64,000 nt of DNA from NCBI GenBank assembly GCA_019310785.1, contig JAFDDR010000001.1, positions 19,988 to 83,987 on the forward strand, read 5' to 3'. Below the pieces are notes generated by a model. The model did not search any database. It was not told the DNA's origin and was given only the letters and a program-made list of their open reading frames with translations. Positions 28,198 to 38,421 of this stretch are shown piece by piece. Source of the DNA: Deltaproteobacteria bacterium. Lineage in GTDB: Bacteria > Desulfobacterota > DSM-4660 > Desulfatiglandales > Desulfatiglandaceae. Each line of letters starts with the position of its first letter. Within the stretch, counting starts at the first letter, position 1. A program made the translations under genes and the position numbers.

Positions 28198-29373
28198 ATG
28201 AAAAAAAAGACCAGGAATAGACAGACCATTGCCATTTTGACCGGTGGCGGAGACGTCCCCGGCCTTAACCCCTGTATCAAAACCTTAGTTTACAGGGGGG
28301 CAAGTGAAGGCATCAGGGTGATCGGAATAAGACGGGGATGGGCCGGGCTTCTGGAATACAACCCTGACGATTCCAAGTCTGCGGCTACCTGTTTACAGGA
28401 GATCCACCCGCAGGATGTACGCACCATTGACCGTTCCGGGGGCACCTATCTTCATACGTCTCGAACCAATCCTAGCGCAGTCAGGATAAAAGAAACGCCT
28501 GGCTTTTTAAAAAAGTCATTCAAAAAAAAGGATGACATAAAGGATTTTACCTTCCATGTCCTCAAAAACCTTGAACACCTGAAAATCGACGCCATTATCC
28601 CCATAGGAGGAGACGACACCCTGAGCTTTGGAGAAAGGCTCCACAGGGAGGGATTTCCCGTCATTGCGATTCCCAAGACCATGGACAATGATGTCTTTGG
28701 CACGGACTTCTGCATCGGCTTTTCCACGGCCGTGACCAGGGGGGTAAATTTTATACATGCCCTAAGGACCTGCGCAGGTTCTCATGAACGGATCGCCGTT
28801 ATTGAACTTTTTGGCCGTTACTGCGGGGAAACATCGCTCATATCAGCTTACCTTGCGGGCGTTGATCGGGCCATTATTTCCGAAATCCCCTTTGATCCGG
28901 AAAAACTGGCAAAATTGATCATGAAGGATAAAAATGCGAATCCCAAGAACTATGCCATGATCACGATATCCGAGGGGGCTAAAATGGCAGGAGGAGAGAT
29001 GCTTCTGTCAGGGGAGTCAGATGCATACGGTCACCGCAGGCTTGGCGGCATAGGGGAGGAAACAGGGGCTATTCTAAAGGAATTGACTGGTCAGGATGTC
29101 CTCAACCAGAGGATATCCTATCTAATGAGAAGCGGAGCGCCTGATTCTCTGGATCTCATGGTGGCCGTAAACTACTCGAACATGGCCATAGACCTTTTCT
29201 TGAAGGGCACTTTCGGCCGCCTTGTTGCCCTGAACCGGGGGATCTATACGGATATCCCATTGAGCACCATCACCACGGGTCAAAAACGGGTGGACATAAG
29301 AGAACTCTATGATGTTGAAGAATACCGGCCCAAGGTAATGCACGTGAGCGGGAAGCCTATGTTCCTGTATTAA
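28198..29373 (+). CDS. 6-phosphofructokinase family enzyme with PPi-dependent-type signatures
   Basis: [16 protein letters not shown] and PKTMDND. Asp and Lys sit at the positions that are Gly/Gly in ATP-dependent PfkA. The ATG at 28198 (MKKKTRN) is preferred over the track start. Confidence 0.82.
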   Translation: MKKKTRNRQTIAILTGGGDVPGLNPCIKTLVYRGASEGIRVIGIRRGWAGLLEYNPDDSKSAATCLQEIHPQDVRTIDRSGGTYLHTSRTNPSAVRIKETPGFLKKSFKKKDDIKDFTFHVLKNLEHLKIDAIIPIGGDDTLSFGERLHREGFPVIAIPKTMDNDVFGTDFCIGFSTAVTRGVNFIHALRTCAGSHERIAVIELFGRYCGETSLISAYLAGVDRAIISEIPFDPEKLAKLIMKDKNANPKNYAMITISEGAKMAGGEMLLSGESDAYGHRRLGGIGEETGAILKELTGQDVLNQRISYLMRSGAPDSLDLMVAVNYSNMAIDLFLKGTFGRLVALNRGIYTDIPLSTITTGQKRVDIRELYDVEEYRPKVMHVSGKPMFLY

Positions 29374-29376
29374 GCA

Positions 29377-29399
29377 ATAAAATCGCTGCACGATTTTAT
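29377..29399 (+). terminator. AT-rich hairpin after the pfk stop (ATAAAATCG-ctgca-CGATTTTAT)
   Basis: 9-bp stem directly after the stop at 29373. The same hairpin sequence recurs at 36238-36265 and 40264-40286. Confidence 0.4.
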
Positions 29400-29425
29400 A
29401 TAACGCGGCTTCGCCGCTTGGAATA

Positions 29426-30502
29426 TTGTACATGCCCACAAACGTAAAAAGAAAAACCACACGCAGGATATACATCGGAGACGTACCCATAGGCGGGGGA
29501 GCGCCCATAGCGGTACAATCCATGACCAATACGGACACCCGGGATGTATCCGCTACTATTGGTCAAATAGAACGACTGTCCGACGCGGGATGCGAAATAG
29601 TTCGTATGGCTGTTCCAGACAAAAAGGCTGCAACGGCCTTCAGGGAAATCAAGGATAGGATTACAACCCCGCTTATTGCGGATATTCATTTTGATCATCG
29701 GCTTGCCCTTATGGCCTTAGACGCAGGTGCGGACGGGCTGAGGATTAATCCCGGCAATATAAGCGGAAAAGCAGCCGTTGAAAAAGTAGTCAAGGCAGCT
29801 AAGGGATTAAAGGTCCCCATTCGAATAGGAGTTAATGCAGGGTCTTTACACAAAGAGACACTAAAAAAATATGGACGCCCGTCACCCGAAGCCATGGTGG
29901 AAAGCGCCTTGATACATGTGGACCTCTTTGAAAGTCTGGGCTTTGACCGGTTCAAAATATCATTGAAATCCTCAAATGTACTGGATACCATCAGGGCCTA
30001 TGAACTCCTGAGTGAGAAGGTGGATTACCCACTGCACCTCGGAGTGACAGAGGCAGGCACACTTATATCCGGTACCGTGAAAAGCGCCCTTGGCATAGGG
30101 TATTTGTTGGCAAACGGCATCGGTGACACTTTTCGCGTTTCTCTGACCAGGGACCCAGTTGAGGAAGTCAGGGTTGCATATGAAATCCTAAGGGCCACAA
30201 ACCTCAGACATCGGGGCCCCGAGATCATTTCCTGTCCCACTTGCGGCCGCACCGAAATAGACCTTTTTTCCCTTGTTGAAAAAGTAGAAACGGCGTTGGC
30301 CGATATTAAGGCATCCCCAAAAGTTGCCATAATGGGTTGCGTGGTCAACGGCCCGGGAGAGGCCAAAGAGGCGGATATCGGGATTGCAGGGGGACGGGGA
30401 TATGGAATCTTGTTCAGAAAAGGGGAAGTCATAAAGAAAGTACCGGAAAAGGAACTGGCAGAGGTTTTGATCAATGAAGTCAGAAAACTGGTTTTAGAAT
30501 AA
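29426..30502 (+). CDS. ispG: 4-hydroxy-3-methylbut-2-en-1-yl diphosphate synthase
   Basis: 358 aa with full-length GcpE-like sequence, including ISCPTCGR and MGCVVNGPGE. Confidence 0.92.
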   Translation: MYMPTNVKRKTTRRIYIGDVPIGGGAPIAVQSMTNTDTRDVSATIGQIERLSDAGCEIVRMAVPDKKAATAFREIKDRITTPLIADIHFDHRLALMALDAGADGLRINPGNISGKAAVEKVVKAAKGLKVPIRIGVNAGSLHKETLKKYGRPSPEAMVESALIHVDLFESLGFDRFKISLKSSNVLDTIRAYELLSEKVDYPLHLGVTEAGTLISGTVKSALGIGYLLANGIGDTFRVSLTRDPVEEVRVAYEILRATNLRHRGPEIISCPTCGRTEIDLFSLVEKVETALADIKASPKVAIMGCVVNGPGEAKEADIGIAGGRGYGILFRKGEVIKKVPEKELAEVLINEVRKLVLE

Positions 30503-30610
30503 GTTCTTCGTGATTCTTCGTGTTCTTCGTGGTTAAATATACTGGCCGAACTTAGAACCATCCCCAATTATCGTATATGTAAAAAGGATAGGAAGGTTGT
30601 AGAGACTACC

Positions 30611-32338
30611 ATGCGATACTCAAAATATTTCATCCCTACATACAAGGAAATACCGGCGGAAGCCGAGGTCATAAGCCACCAGCTTATGCTCAGGGCGGGA
30701 ATGATCAGAAAATTGACCTCCGGAATTTATACGTATCTCCCGGCAGGTCTCAGGTGTATCAAGAAAGTGGAAAATATCATCAGGGATGAGATGAACCGGG
30801 CCGGCGCAATAGAGATATTAATGCCCGCTTTTCAACCCGCGGAACTCTGGCAGGAGAGCGGCAGGTGGGATTATTACGGTCGCGAGCTTTTGAGATTCAA
30901 GGATCGTCACAACAGAGATGCATGTATCGGACCCACCCATGAAGAAATCATTACGGATCTTGTGAGAAAAGAGATCCAATCCTACAAACAGATGCCCATC
31001 AATTTTTACCAGATTCAAACCAAGTTCAGGGACGAAATACGTCCAAGATTCGGGCTCATGCGCGGCCGTGAGTTTATCATGAAGGACGCATACAGTTTTG
31101 ATGTGGACGATGAAGGCGCCAACCGCAGCTATGAGATCATGCACGAGGCTTACGCCAACATATTCAGGAGATGCGGCCTTAAATTCAGGGCCGTTGAGGC
31201 CGATACCGGCACGATCGGCGGAAGCTATTCCCATGAATTCATGGTCCTTGCAGACACTGGAGAGGATCAAATTATAAGCTGCACAAACTGCGACTATGCG
31301 GCCAACCTTGAAAAAGCGGAAGTCAAACCGCCTGACAATCTGCCCGAAAGCGACGGGCAGGAAATGCAGTCCCTCGAAGCAGTGGACACGCCGGATATCA
31401 AGAGCGTTGAAGAGGTGACATCCTTCTTAGACATTTCACCGGACCAGCTTATTAAGACCCTTATCTTCGTAGCAGATAAAAAGGTAGTGGCTGCATTAGT
31501 GAGAGGTGACCATGAACTAAACGAGGCCAAGCTCACAACCCTCTTGGGAGCCCAAAGCCTCGAATTAGCCGATACGCAATTAGTGGAGGAAACCACCGGA
31601 GCACCAATTGGTTTTGCCGGTCCTGCGGGCCTTAAGGTCAAATTGGTGGCAGACCACGCCATCAGGGAAATGATAAACTTCGTCACCGGAGGAAACAAAA
31701 AGGATGTGCACCTGAAGAACGTAAACTTGGGCAGAGATTTTGGCGTGGATCTTTTTGGCGATCTCAGAATAATTACTCCTCAGGATTCATGTCCCAAATG
31801 TGGCGGGCACATACAGTTTGGAAGGGGCATAGAAGTAGGACACATATTCAAGTTAGGCACAAAATACAGCAACGCCTTAAAAGCACTCTTTTTGGATGAA
31901 CAGGGAAAAGAGATACCGATCATCATGGGATGCTACGGTATCGGCGTAGGGAGGACAGTGGCAGCGGCTATAGAACAGAACCACGACAGGGATGGTATTA
32001 TTTTCCCCGTTCCCGTCGCGCCTTTTGAGGTGACCATCCTGCCACTCCAGATGCACGATTCCGCTGTAAAGGAAGCAGCGGAAAAAATCTACAGAAAACT
32101 TTTAGGTCATGATGTTGACGCCCTCCTTGACGACAGGGATGAGCGGGCCGGGGTCAAATTCAATGATGCCGACCTTCTTGGTATCCCTGTGCGCGTGACA
32201 ATAGGTGTCAAAGGAATCAAGAACGGTCTTGTGGAAATAAAGATGCGTGGTGGACCCGAAAGCACCAGCGTTCCCGTTGAAGAGGCATCTGCCATTATCA
32301 GAGAAAAAGTGAAATTCCTGTATGATTCGCTTAAATGA
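30611..32338 (+). CDS. proS: proline--tRNA ligase (bacterial type with INS editing domain)
   Basis: 575 aa with class II motifs and a ProRS-specific N-terminus ([13 protein letters not shown]). Confidence 0.92.
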   Translation: MRYSKYFIPTYKEIPAEAEVISHQLMLRAGMIRKLTSGIYTYLPAGLRCIKKVENIIRDEMNRAGAIEILMPAFQPAELWQESGRWDYYGRELLRFKDRHNRDACIGPTHEEIITDLVRKEIQSYKQMPINFYQIQTKFRDEIRPRFGLMRGREFIMKDAYSFDVDDEGANRSYEIMHEAYANIFRRCGLKFRAVEADTGTIGGSYSHEFMVLADTGEDQIISCTNCDYAANLEKAEVKPPDNLPESDGQEMQSLEAVDTPDIKSVEEVTSFLDISPDQLIKTLIFVADKKVVAALVRGDHELNEAKLTTLLGAQSLELADTQLVEETTGAPIGFAGPAGLKVKLVADHAIREMINFVTGGNKKDVHLKNVNLGRDFGVDLFGDLRIITPQDSCPKCGGHIQFGRGIEVGHIFKLGTKYSNALKALFLDEQGKEIPIIMGCYGIGVGRTVAAAIEQNHDRDGIIFPVPVAPFEVTILPLQMHDSAVKEAAEKIYRKLLGHDVDALLDDRDERAGVKFNDADLLGIPVRVTIGVKGIKNGLVEIKMRGGPESTSVPVEEASAIIREKVKFLYDSLK

Positions 32339-34463
32339 CATAACATCACAGCTTCTCGGCTATCATCCAAAGGCAAATGTAGAACTGGTTGAAAAGGCAT
32401 ATGTCTATTCGGCCAAGGTCCATCAGGGTCAGATCCGCCTTTCGGGTGAACCATATCTCTCTCACCCGCTGGAGGCAGCCTATATTTTAGCCAAAATGAA
32501 GATGGATGTTGTTTGTATTGTAGCCGGGCTTCTCCATGATACGCTCGAGGACACCGATGCAAAGCTCGATGAAATAGCGCGCCTCTTTGGCGAGGAAACG
32601 GCCAATATCGTGGATGGTGTCACAAAAATCAGCAAGATTCAGTTCTCCAGCCGCGAGCAGCGCCAGGCCGAAAATGTTCGCAAGATGATTCTTGCCATGT
32701 CTACTGATATCCGCGTTATTTTAGTCAAATTAGCCGACAGGATGCATAATATGAGGACGCTGGGTTTTCAGCCGCAGGCCAAGCAACAGCTCATTGCAGC
32801 GGAGACCTTAGACATCTATGCCCCATTAGCCGGCAGGATGGGTATTCACTGGATCCAGTCCAATCTGGAAGACTTGTGTTTGTATTACCTTGAGCCTGAG
32901 ATCTACAAAAAGATCAAGGATCTGATCGCACAAAGAAGGGGGGAAAGTGAGGAATTTATAAAAGAGATCAATGAAGTGCTCTCCAAGAAATTAGGGGAAT
33001 TCAGCATTCAGGCCAAGATCAAAGGGAGGGATAAACATTTTTACAGCACCTACAGAAAGATGCTGGATCAAAACCTTACGGTTAATCAGGTATACGATAT
33101 TTTAGCGTTCCGGGTCATAGTCAACAGCATCAAGGAATGCTATGAGTCCTTGGGTCATATCCATTCCATGTGGAAACCGGTCCAAGGCAGGTTCAAGGAT
33201 TATATTTCCGTTCCCAAGGCAAACATGTATCAATCCCTGCATACAACGGTGATAGGTCCCTTAGGTCAAAGGATGGAGATTCAGATCCGGACATGGGACA
33301 TGCACAGGGTTGCAGAAGACGGAATTGCGGCCCACTGGAAGTACAAAGAGGGACCTATTACGGGCAAAACCGATGAAAAGCAGTTCGCATGGCTGCGCCA
33401 GCTCCTCGAATGGCAAAAAAATCTGAAAGACCCGGCAGAGTTTTTGGAGAGTGTCAGGATGGATCTCTTCCCGGATGAAGTCTATGTATTTACTCCCACG
33501 GGAGAGGTCAAGTCATTCCCCAAAGGCGCTTCGCCCATTGACTTTGCCTACGGCATTCACTCTCAGGTGGGAGAAAAATGCATGGGGGCCAAGGTCAACG
33601 GAAAGATGGTTCCGCTGAGATCCCAGTTGAAAACAGGGGATATTGTGGAGATCATCACATCCCCAAAACAGCATCCGAGCAAAGACTGGCTGGACTTTGT
33701 GAAAACACCCCGGGCAAAGAACAGGATCAGGCAGTGGATAAACAATCAGGAAAAGGATGAAAGCATCAACTTAGGCAGAAACATTCTGGAAAAAACCTTT
33801 GAAAAAGAGCATATGACCCTGCCCAATATCATGAAAAGTAAGCAGCTCTCAGCCATCGCAAAAGACCTGTCATTCCATTCAGTGGAAGACCTGATCGCCC
33901 AGATAGGTTTCGGCAAGATATCCCCCAAACAAATAATCGGACGTCTCAAACCTAAACTTGGAATCAAGGATGAAAAACCGCCAGGCATTGTAAGTAAAAT
34001 GGTTGGTCACATAAAACGGCGAAAAGCCGACCATGGCATAAGGGTCAGGGGAGTAAGCGACATGCTTATACGCTTTGCCAGTTGCTGTCATCCCCTGCCG
34101 GGGGAGAGTGTTATCGGATTTATTACCCGGGGCAGGGGTATCACCATCCACCATCACGATTGCAGACATGTTCTCAGCGCTGATCCCGAAAGATTGGTGG
34201 AGGTATCATGGGAACCCTCCAAAGAGGATGTATATACCGCAAAACTGAGGGTAACCAGCGTAGAAAGGAAGGGAATCCTGGCTGACATAACCTCCGTCAT
34301 CACTCAAAAGGACGCCAATATCATCGAGGCTGATGTCAAAACAACATTGGATCAAAAGGGTATCGCGATTTTTGCTATTGAAGTGGAGGATTATAAACAG
34401 CTTCAGGATATTATAAACGCCATAAAAAAGGTGAAAAGTGTCCTGGTCGTGGAAAGACTCTAA
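32322..34463 (+). CDS. bifunctional (p)ppGpp synthetase/hydrolase (RelA/SpoT homolog)
   Basis: 713 aa with an HD hydrolase motif (LLHDTLEDT), a RelA/SpoT synthetase core, and TGS and ACT-like C-terminal domains. It overlaps the proS 3' end by 17 nt. Confidence 0.9.
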   Translation: MIRLNDITSQLLGYHPKANVELVEKAYVYSAKVHQGQIRLSGEPYLSHPLEAAYILAKMKMDVVCIVAGLLHDTLEDTDAKLDEIARLFGEETANIVDGVTKISKIQFSSREQRQAENVRKMILAMSTDIRVILVKLADRMHNMRTLGFQPQAKQQLIAAETLDIYAPLAGRMGIHWIQSNLEDLCLYYLEPEIYKKIKDLIAQRRGESEEFIKEINEVLSKKLGEFSIQAKIKGRDKHFYSTYRKMLDQNLTVNQVYDILAFRVIVNSIKECYESLGHIHSMWKPVQGRFKDYISVPKANMYQSLHTTVIGPLGQRMEIQIRTWDMHRVAEDGIAAHWKYKEGPITGKTDEKQFAWLRQLLEWQKNLKDPAEFLESVRMDLFPDEVYVFTPTGEVKSFPKGASPIDFAYGIHSQVGEKCMGAKVNGKMVPLRSQLKTGDIVEIITSPKQHPSKDWLDFVKTPRAKNRIRQWINNQEKDESINLGRNILEKTFEKEHMTLPNIMKSKQLSAIAKDLSFHSVEDLIAQIGFGKISPKQIIGRLKPKLGIKDEKPPGIVSKMVGHIKRRKADHGIRVRGVSDMLIRFASCCHPLPGESVIGFITRGRGITIHHHDCRHVLSADPERLVEVSWEPSKEDVYTAKLRVTSVERKGILADITSVITQKDANIIEADVKTTLDQKGIAIFAIEVEDYKQLQDIINAIKKVKSVLVVERL

Positions 34464-34500
34464 AATACTTTATAAGGAGTGACCTACCGCCAGCAGGGCT

Positions 34501-34689
34501 TTATGGCTTAACGATCCGGCCGGACTTGATACAGCTTGTACAGACCCTTATTCTTTTGATCTGGCCATCCTGGATGCACCTCACCTTCTGAAGGTTGGGA
34601 TACCAGCGTTTCTTGGTCTTATTATGAGCATGGCTGACATTATAGCCGACCACAGGTTTTTTTCCGCAAATGTCACAAACCTTTGCCAT
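34501..34689 (-). CDS. rpmB: 50S ribosomal protein L28
   Basis: [29 protein letters not shown]... (62 aa). The track ORF is extended upstream spuriously. Confidence 0.9.
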   Translation of the reverse strand: MAKVCDICGKKPVVGYNVSHAHNKTKKRWYPNLQKVRCIQDGQIKRIRVCTSCIKSGRIVKP

Positions 34690-34868
34690 TATGGGGTCTC
34701 CTCGTGAAATTATACTTAATTGCTTAGAATTTTTTAGTTTATAAAAATACAAAATAAATAGCAAGGATTTTTTATTAAAGAGGTGTTTCCATTCAAACAC
34801 AGGGCACTAAAACAGAACTTCTCCCCGAACTAAACAAAGCACACGGAAAACCTCATCACATCCACCTG

Positions 34869-36239
34869 ATGGGGATTTGCGGAACAGGCATGGCCTCCTT
34901 GGCGGGAATCCTGAAAGAGAAAGGGTATCGGGTGACGGGCTCGGATCAAAACGTTTACCTCCCCATGAGCGATTTCCTTGAAGCATTGTCCATCCCGGTT
35001 ATGGAGGGTTACAGCCCTGATAATCTTTATCCCGGGCCTGATCTGGTCATTGTGGGAAATGTAATCACAAGGAATAACCCGGAGGCCAGGGAGCTTTCAC
35101 GCCTCGCGCTCCCTTATCTCTCCTTTCCCCAGGCCCTGAAGCGGTTCGCTTTTAAGGACAAAAGCACCATTGTGATCAGCGGTACCCACGGCAAGACAAC
35201 CACATCCGCCCTGGTATCGTGGGTATTAGAAAAGGCCGGCATGGACCCGGGATTCATGATCGGGGGTATTCCCCTGGATTTCAAGAAAAATTTTAAACTT
35301 GGAAACGGCCCGTATTTCGTTATAGAGGGCGATGAATACGACACGGCCTTTTTTGATAAAGGGCCAAAATTTCTTCACTACGGCCCATGGGTCACAATAC
35401 TTACCAGCATAGAATTCGACCACGCCGATATTTACCGGGATCTGGACCATGTTATTGAGAGTTTCAGAAAATTGATCGACCTCATGCCGCCGGAGGGCCT
35501 GCTCATAGCAAACGGCGATGATCCGATAATCACGGCTGAAATCAACAGGGCAAAATGTCCCGTGAGCACGTATGGTCTTTCGGGAAACAGCCTCTGGAAG
35601 GCAATCGACATAACCGTTCAGGAAGATTTTACATGCTTCAAGGTTTTGAAGGCCGGCAAGGATTACATAACCCTTTGTACACCACTTTATGGCCGCCACA
35701 ACATATCAAATCTTTTATCAACAATTGTTTTGGCCGACTTCATAGGGATATCCTTCCCTATCCTCTCTAAGACGGTAAAGAGTTTCGGAGGTATCAGACG
35801 GCGTCAGGAAGTTATTGGAGAAAAAAGTGGGATACTCGTGTTGGATGATTTTGCCCACCATCCCACAGCGGTCAAAGAAACCATACGTGCTGTGAAGGAA
35901 AAATACAAAGGCCGCCGCTTGATTGCCGTATTCGAACCCAGGTCCAATTCCAGCAGGCGAAATATTTTTCAGGAGCAATATGCCGCCTCGTTTGACAGCG
36001 CAGACCTGATCATGGTCCCCGAACCTCCCATGACCGAAAAGATTCCCATGGGAGAACGGTTTTCCTCGAAACGCCTTGAAGAGGACCTTGAAAAAAGGGA
36101 CCTTGCGGCATTCTCTTTTCCAAACACAGATCCATTAATAGAGGCACTGGTGAAAGAAACCCGACCAGGAGATGTGGTCCTGATCATGTCAAACGGCGGA
36201 TTTGATAACATCCATCACCGCCTGCTGGAACGTCTGTAA
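34869..36239 (+). CDS. mpl: UDP-N-acetylmuramate:L-alanyl-gamma-D-glutamyl-meso-diaminopimelate ligase
   Basis: GICGTGMASLAG P-loop and a Mur ligase core. The first ATG truncates the conserved beta-1 strand (HIHLMGICG). The frame is open from 34779, and a GAGGTG SD (34780-34785) precedes ATT 34791, so the true start is probably upstream. Confidence 0.85.
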   Translation: MGICGTGMASLAGILKEKGYRVTGSDQNVYLPMSDFLEALSIPVMEGYSPDNLYPGPDLVIVGNVITRNNPEARELSRLALPYLSFPQALKRFAFKDKSTIVISGTHGKTTTSALVSWVLEKAGMDPGFMIGGIPLDFKKNFKLGNGPYFVIEGDEYDTAFFDKGPKFLHYGPWVTILTSIEFDHADIYRDLDHVIESFRKLIDLMPPEGLLIANGDDPIITAEINRAKCPVSTYGLSGNSLWKAIDITVQEDFTCFKVLKAGKDYITLCTPLYGRHNISNLLSTIVLADFIGISFPILSKTVKSFGGIRRRQEVIGEKSGILVLDDFAHHPTAVKETIRAVKEKYKGRRLIAVFEPRSNSSRRNIFQEQYAASFDSADLIMVPEPPMTEKIPMGERFSSKRLEEDLEKRDLAAFSFPNTDPLIEALVKETRPGDVVLIMSNGGFDNIHHRLLERL

Positions 36240-36265
36240 ATAAAATCGCGAAGACGATTTTATTT
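36238..36265. terminator. bidirectional AT-rich hairpin between convergent mpl and the lipoprotein gene
   Basis: AAATAAAATCG-cgaaga-CGATTTTATTT, an 11-bp stem. It overlaps both stop codons (36237-36239 and 36260-36262), with T-runs on both strands. Confidence 0.55.
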
Positions 36266-36835
36266 CTTTTCTACAATTTTTCCCTTTTTCTTTCCAATCC
36301 AGTCTTTTAAGTCATCCAGTCCCCAGGGAGCCTCGATCACGAGTTTGCATACCGCTATCTTGTCGGATTCCATACTTACGGCCCTGGCCGTATATTTCCC
36401 AGGGGCTATTGGCGGCCGGCTCACAATGATAGTAGTCTCCAGCTTTTTGTTTGAGCCCAATCTGGCATTCAACAATTCACTGACCTTGGCTAAGGTACCG
36501 ACCTTGGCCGTGAAAAACCCGTTTTTGTCCACATTCCCATCAGCAATGGGCACATGGACGAGCTTATCGCCTTTCTTGACGTTTAACAGGGTAATAAAAA
36601 CCGAATCCTCCGGATCAAAGCCTTTCCCCTTGAATACAAGCGGGGTGCGCAGCATTGATACCACTCCAATCGAGACAACCCCTGGTTCCACAAGCATCTG
36701 CGGGCCTTTTATTCCGGGATCAAATGGCTTGGGTGGCGCTGCGCAACCTGCAAACATAAAGATTATAGCAACGGAAATCAGCCCACCTGTTAAACACACT
36801 TTTTTGGACAACAACTTTCTTATGACATTCATCAT
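36260..36835 (-). CDS. hypothetical lipoprotein
   Basis: Signal peptide with lipobox FAGC. The 191-aa beta-rich sequence matches no family I recognise. Confidence 0.55.
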   Translation of the reverse strand: MMNVIRKLLSKKVCLTGGLISVAIIFMFAGCAAPPKPFDPGIKGPQMLVEPGVVSIGVVSMLRTPLVFKGKGFDPEDSVFITLLNVKKGDKLVHVPIADGNVDKNGFFTAKVGTLAKVSELLNARLGSNKKLETTIIVSRPPIAPGKYTARAVSMESDKIAVCKLVIEAPWGLDDLKDWIGKKKGKIVEKK

Positions 36836-36929
36836 CTAACACCCCCTTTAAATTCATTCGATAAAGGCCCGACCCCACTTCTGTAAACACAAATATCAAG
36901 CAGGGACGAGGTCAAAGATTAATAACCTG

Positions 36930-38144
36930 TTATCTGCCGAGTTTTTTGAGTACATCCTGGAGATCAATATCAGAGGTCATCCAGTCTGAGAGACGCTCCA
37001 TTTTGCCACCCTCTAAGCATTTAGCGAGAAAAAGGGATCGTGTCCCCTGTTTCTTGTCAGGACCATAGCTGATTTTGGGTCCAATGCCCTGGAAATCTTT
37101 TATGGAGTTCATGGCCTTTACAAAGTTGTCTGCCGTAAGATTTCGGCCACACCTTTTTAGGCCTTCCACCATAGGTTCCGCAAAATAGATTCCCGCATAG
37201 TAAAATATGCCCCATCGGTCTTTGGGGGCAAATTTATCATGGGCCGCCTTGTATTTTTTCATGAGGGGATGTTGAGAGCCGGGAAGTTCGGCAAAGGTAA
37301 CGAAAATCACGTCTTTATAAAGACCTTTGCTGATCTTGTACATGATCGGAATATCACTCAACGTGCTTGTGGTCATCCACTGGGTTTTAAAACCCATCTT
37401 GGCAGCCGTAATAATGATGATTGCGCCATGCTTGGGGAGCAGCCAGTTGATCACACAATCGGCATTCGCATTTTTAAGTTTCATGCAATGAGAGCTCAGG
37501 TCCGTATCAAGGGCCTCAACAGAAACGGTAGTGACAAATTTCATGCCATGTTTTTTCAGAATTGCCTCTGCTCCAACCAGCCCCTCTTTTCCGTAATCAT
37601 CGTTCTGGTAAAAAAAGGCGATTCTCTTTTTACCTAATTTTGTGATAGCGTATTCAGCCAGGATAGCGGCCTCATCAACATAGAGAGGGTAATCGGCAAA
37701 GAGATACTTTGTGGGCGGGTAGGCCCAGTGAGTCGAACCGGTCGCAGGACCAACCCAGGGAACCTTTTTTTTATGCAGATATCTTTTGACGGCCATGCCC
37801 GGTGAAGTGCCGACGCCCGAGGCCATTGCGAAGACCCCTTTATTTTCCACCAGTTCTTTACAGATTGCCTTGGTCCGGGGCGCCATATAGCCGTCATCCC
37901 TCAAAAAATATTTGATTTTGCGGCCATGAATGCCTCCCTCGGCATTGATCATGTCGAAAAGACACCCGGTCCCGCGAGCCACTGAGCCCCAGAGGGCCGC
38001 AGGGCCGGACTGGGGCCCATACTGTCCGATGCGAATCTCAGTATCCGTAACTCCCCTTTCTGCAAAAGCAGCAGGAACAATAGCCACAGACATGAGCACT
38101 GCGCAAGCAATCACAATAATCAGATTTTTCTTTTTCATATTCAT
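36930..38144 (-). CDS. ABC transporter substrate-binding protein (branched-chain amino acid / LivJ-type fold)
   Basis: 404 aa with a signal peptide and type-I periplasmic binding protein sequence. It is the last gene of the Liv-type operon on the minus strand. Confidence 0.8.
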   Translation of the reverse strand: MNMKKKNLIIVIACAVLMSVAIVPAAFAERGVTDTEIRIGQYGPQSGPAALWGSVARGTGCLFDMINAEGGIHGRKIKYFLRDDGYMAPRTKAICKELVENKGVFAMASGVGTSPGMAVKRYLHKKKVPWVGPATGSTHWAYPPTKYLFADYPLYVDEAAILAEYAITKLGKKRIAFFYQNDDYGKEGLVGAEAILKKHGMKFVTTVSVEALDTDLSSHCMKLKNANADCVINWLLPKHGAIIIITAAKMGFKTQWMTTSTLSDIPIMYKISKGLYKDVIFVTFAELPGSQHPLMKKYKAAHDKFAPKDRWGIFYYAGIYFAEPMVEGLKRCGRNLTADNFVKAMNSIKDFQGIGPKISYGPDKKQGTRSLFLAKCLEGGKMERLSDWMTSDIDLQDVLKKLGR

Positions 38145-38235
38145 CCTCCTTAATTATTTTTGTTCTTACATTGAAAACCTGGTCCTATGGGCCAGGTCAG
38201 AGCTAAATGGCTCTGCCTTGGAGTTTTGTGCCGAA

Positions 38236-38395
38236 AAATACAAACTCCAAGCACCAAATTACAAATAAATCTCAAATTCCAACACGCTGCGCGTTTTCAA
38301 TGACCAAAACCTTCATAGACAACATATCGTTTGGATTTTCTAGTTTTGGTCATTGGAATTTTTTTGTTATTTGGGATTTGTTATTTGGGATTGCT
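38236..38395. repeat. palindromic stutter repeat, family 2 copy 2
   Basis: It shares CAAACTCCAAGCACCAAAT and GTTATTTGGGATTTGTTATTTG with 4175-4390. The internal IR is TCAATGACCAAAAC with GTTTTGGTCATTGA. Confidence 0.8.
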
Positions 38396-38421
38396 AATAT
38401 TCCATAAGCAGTTTTGACCGA

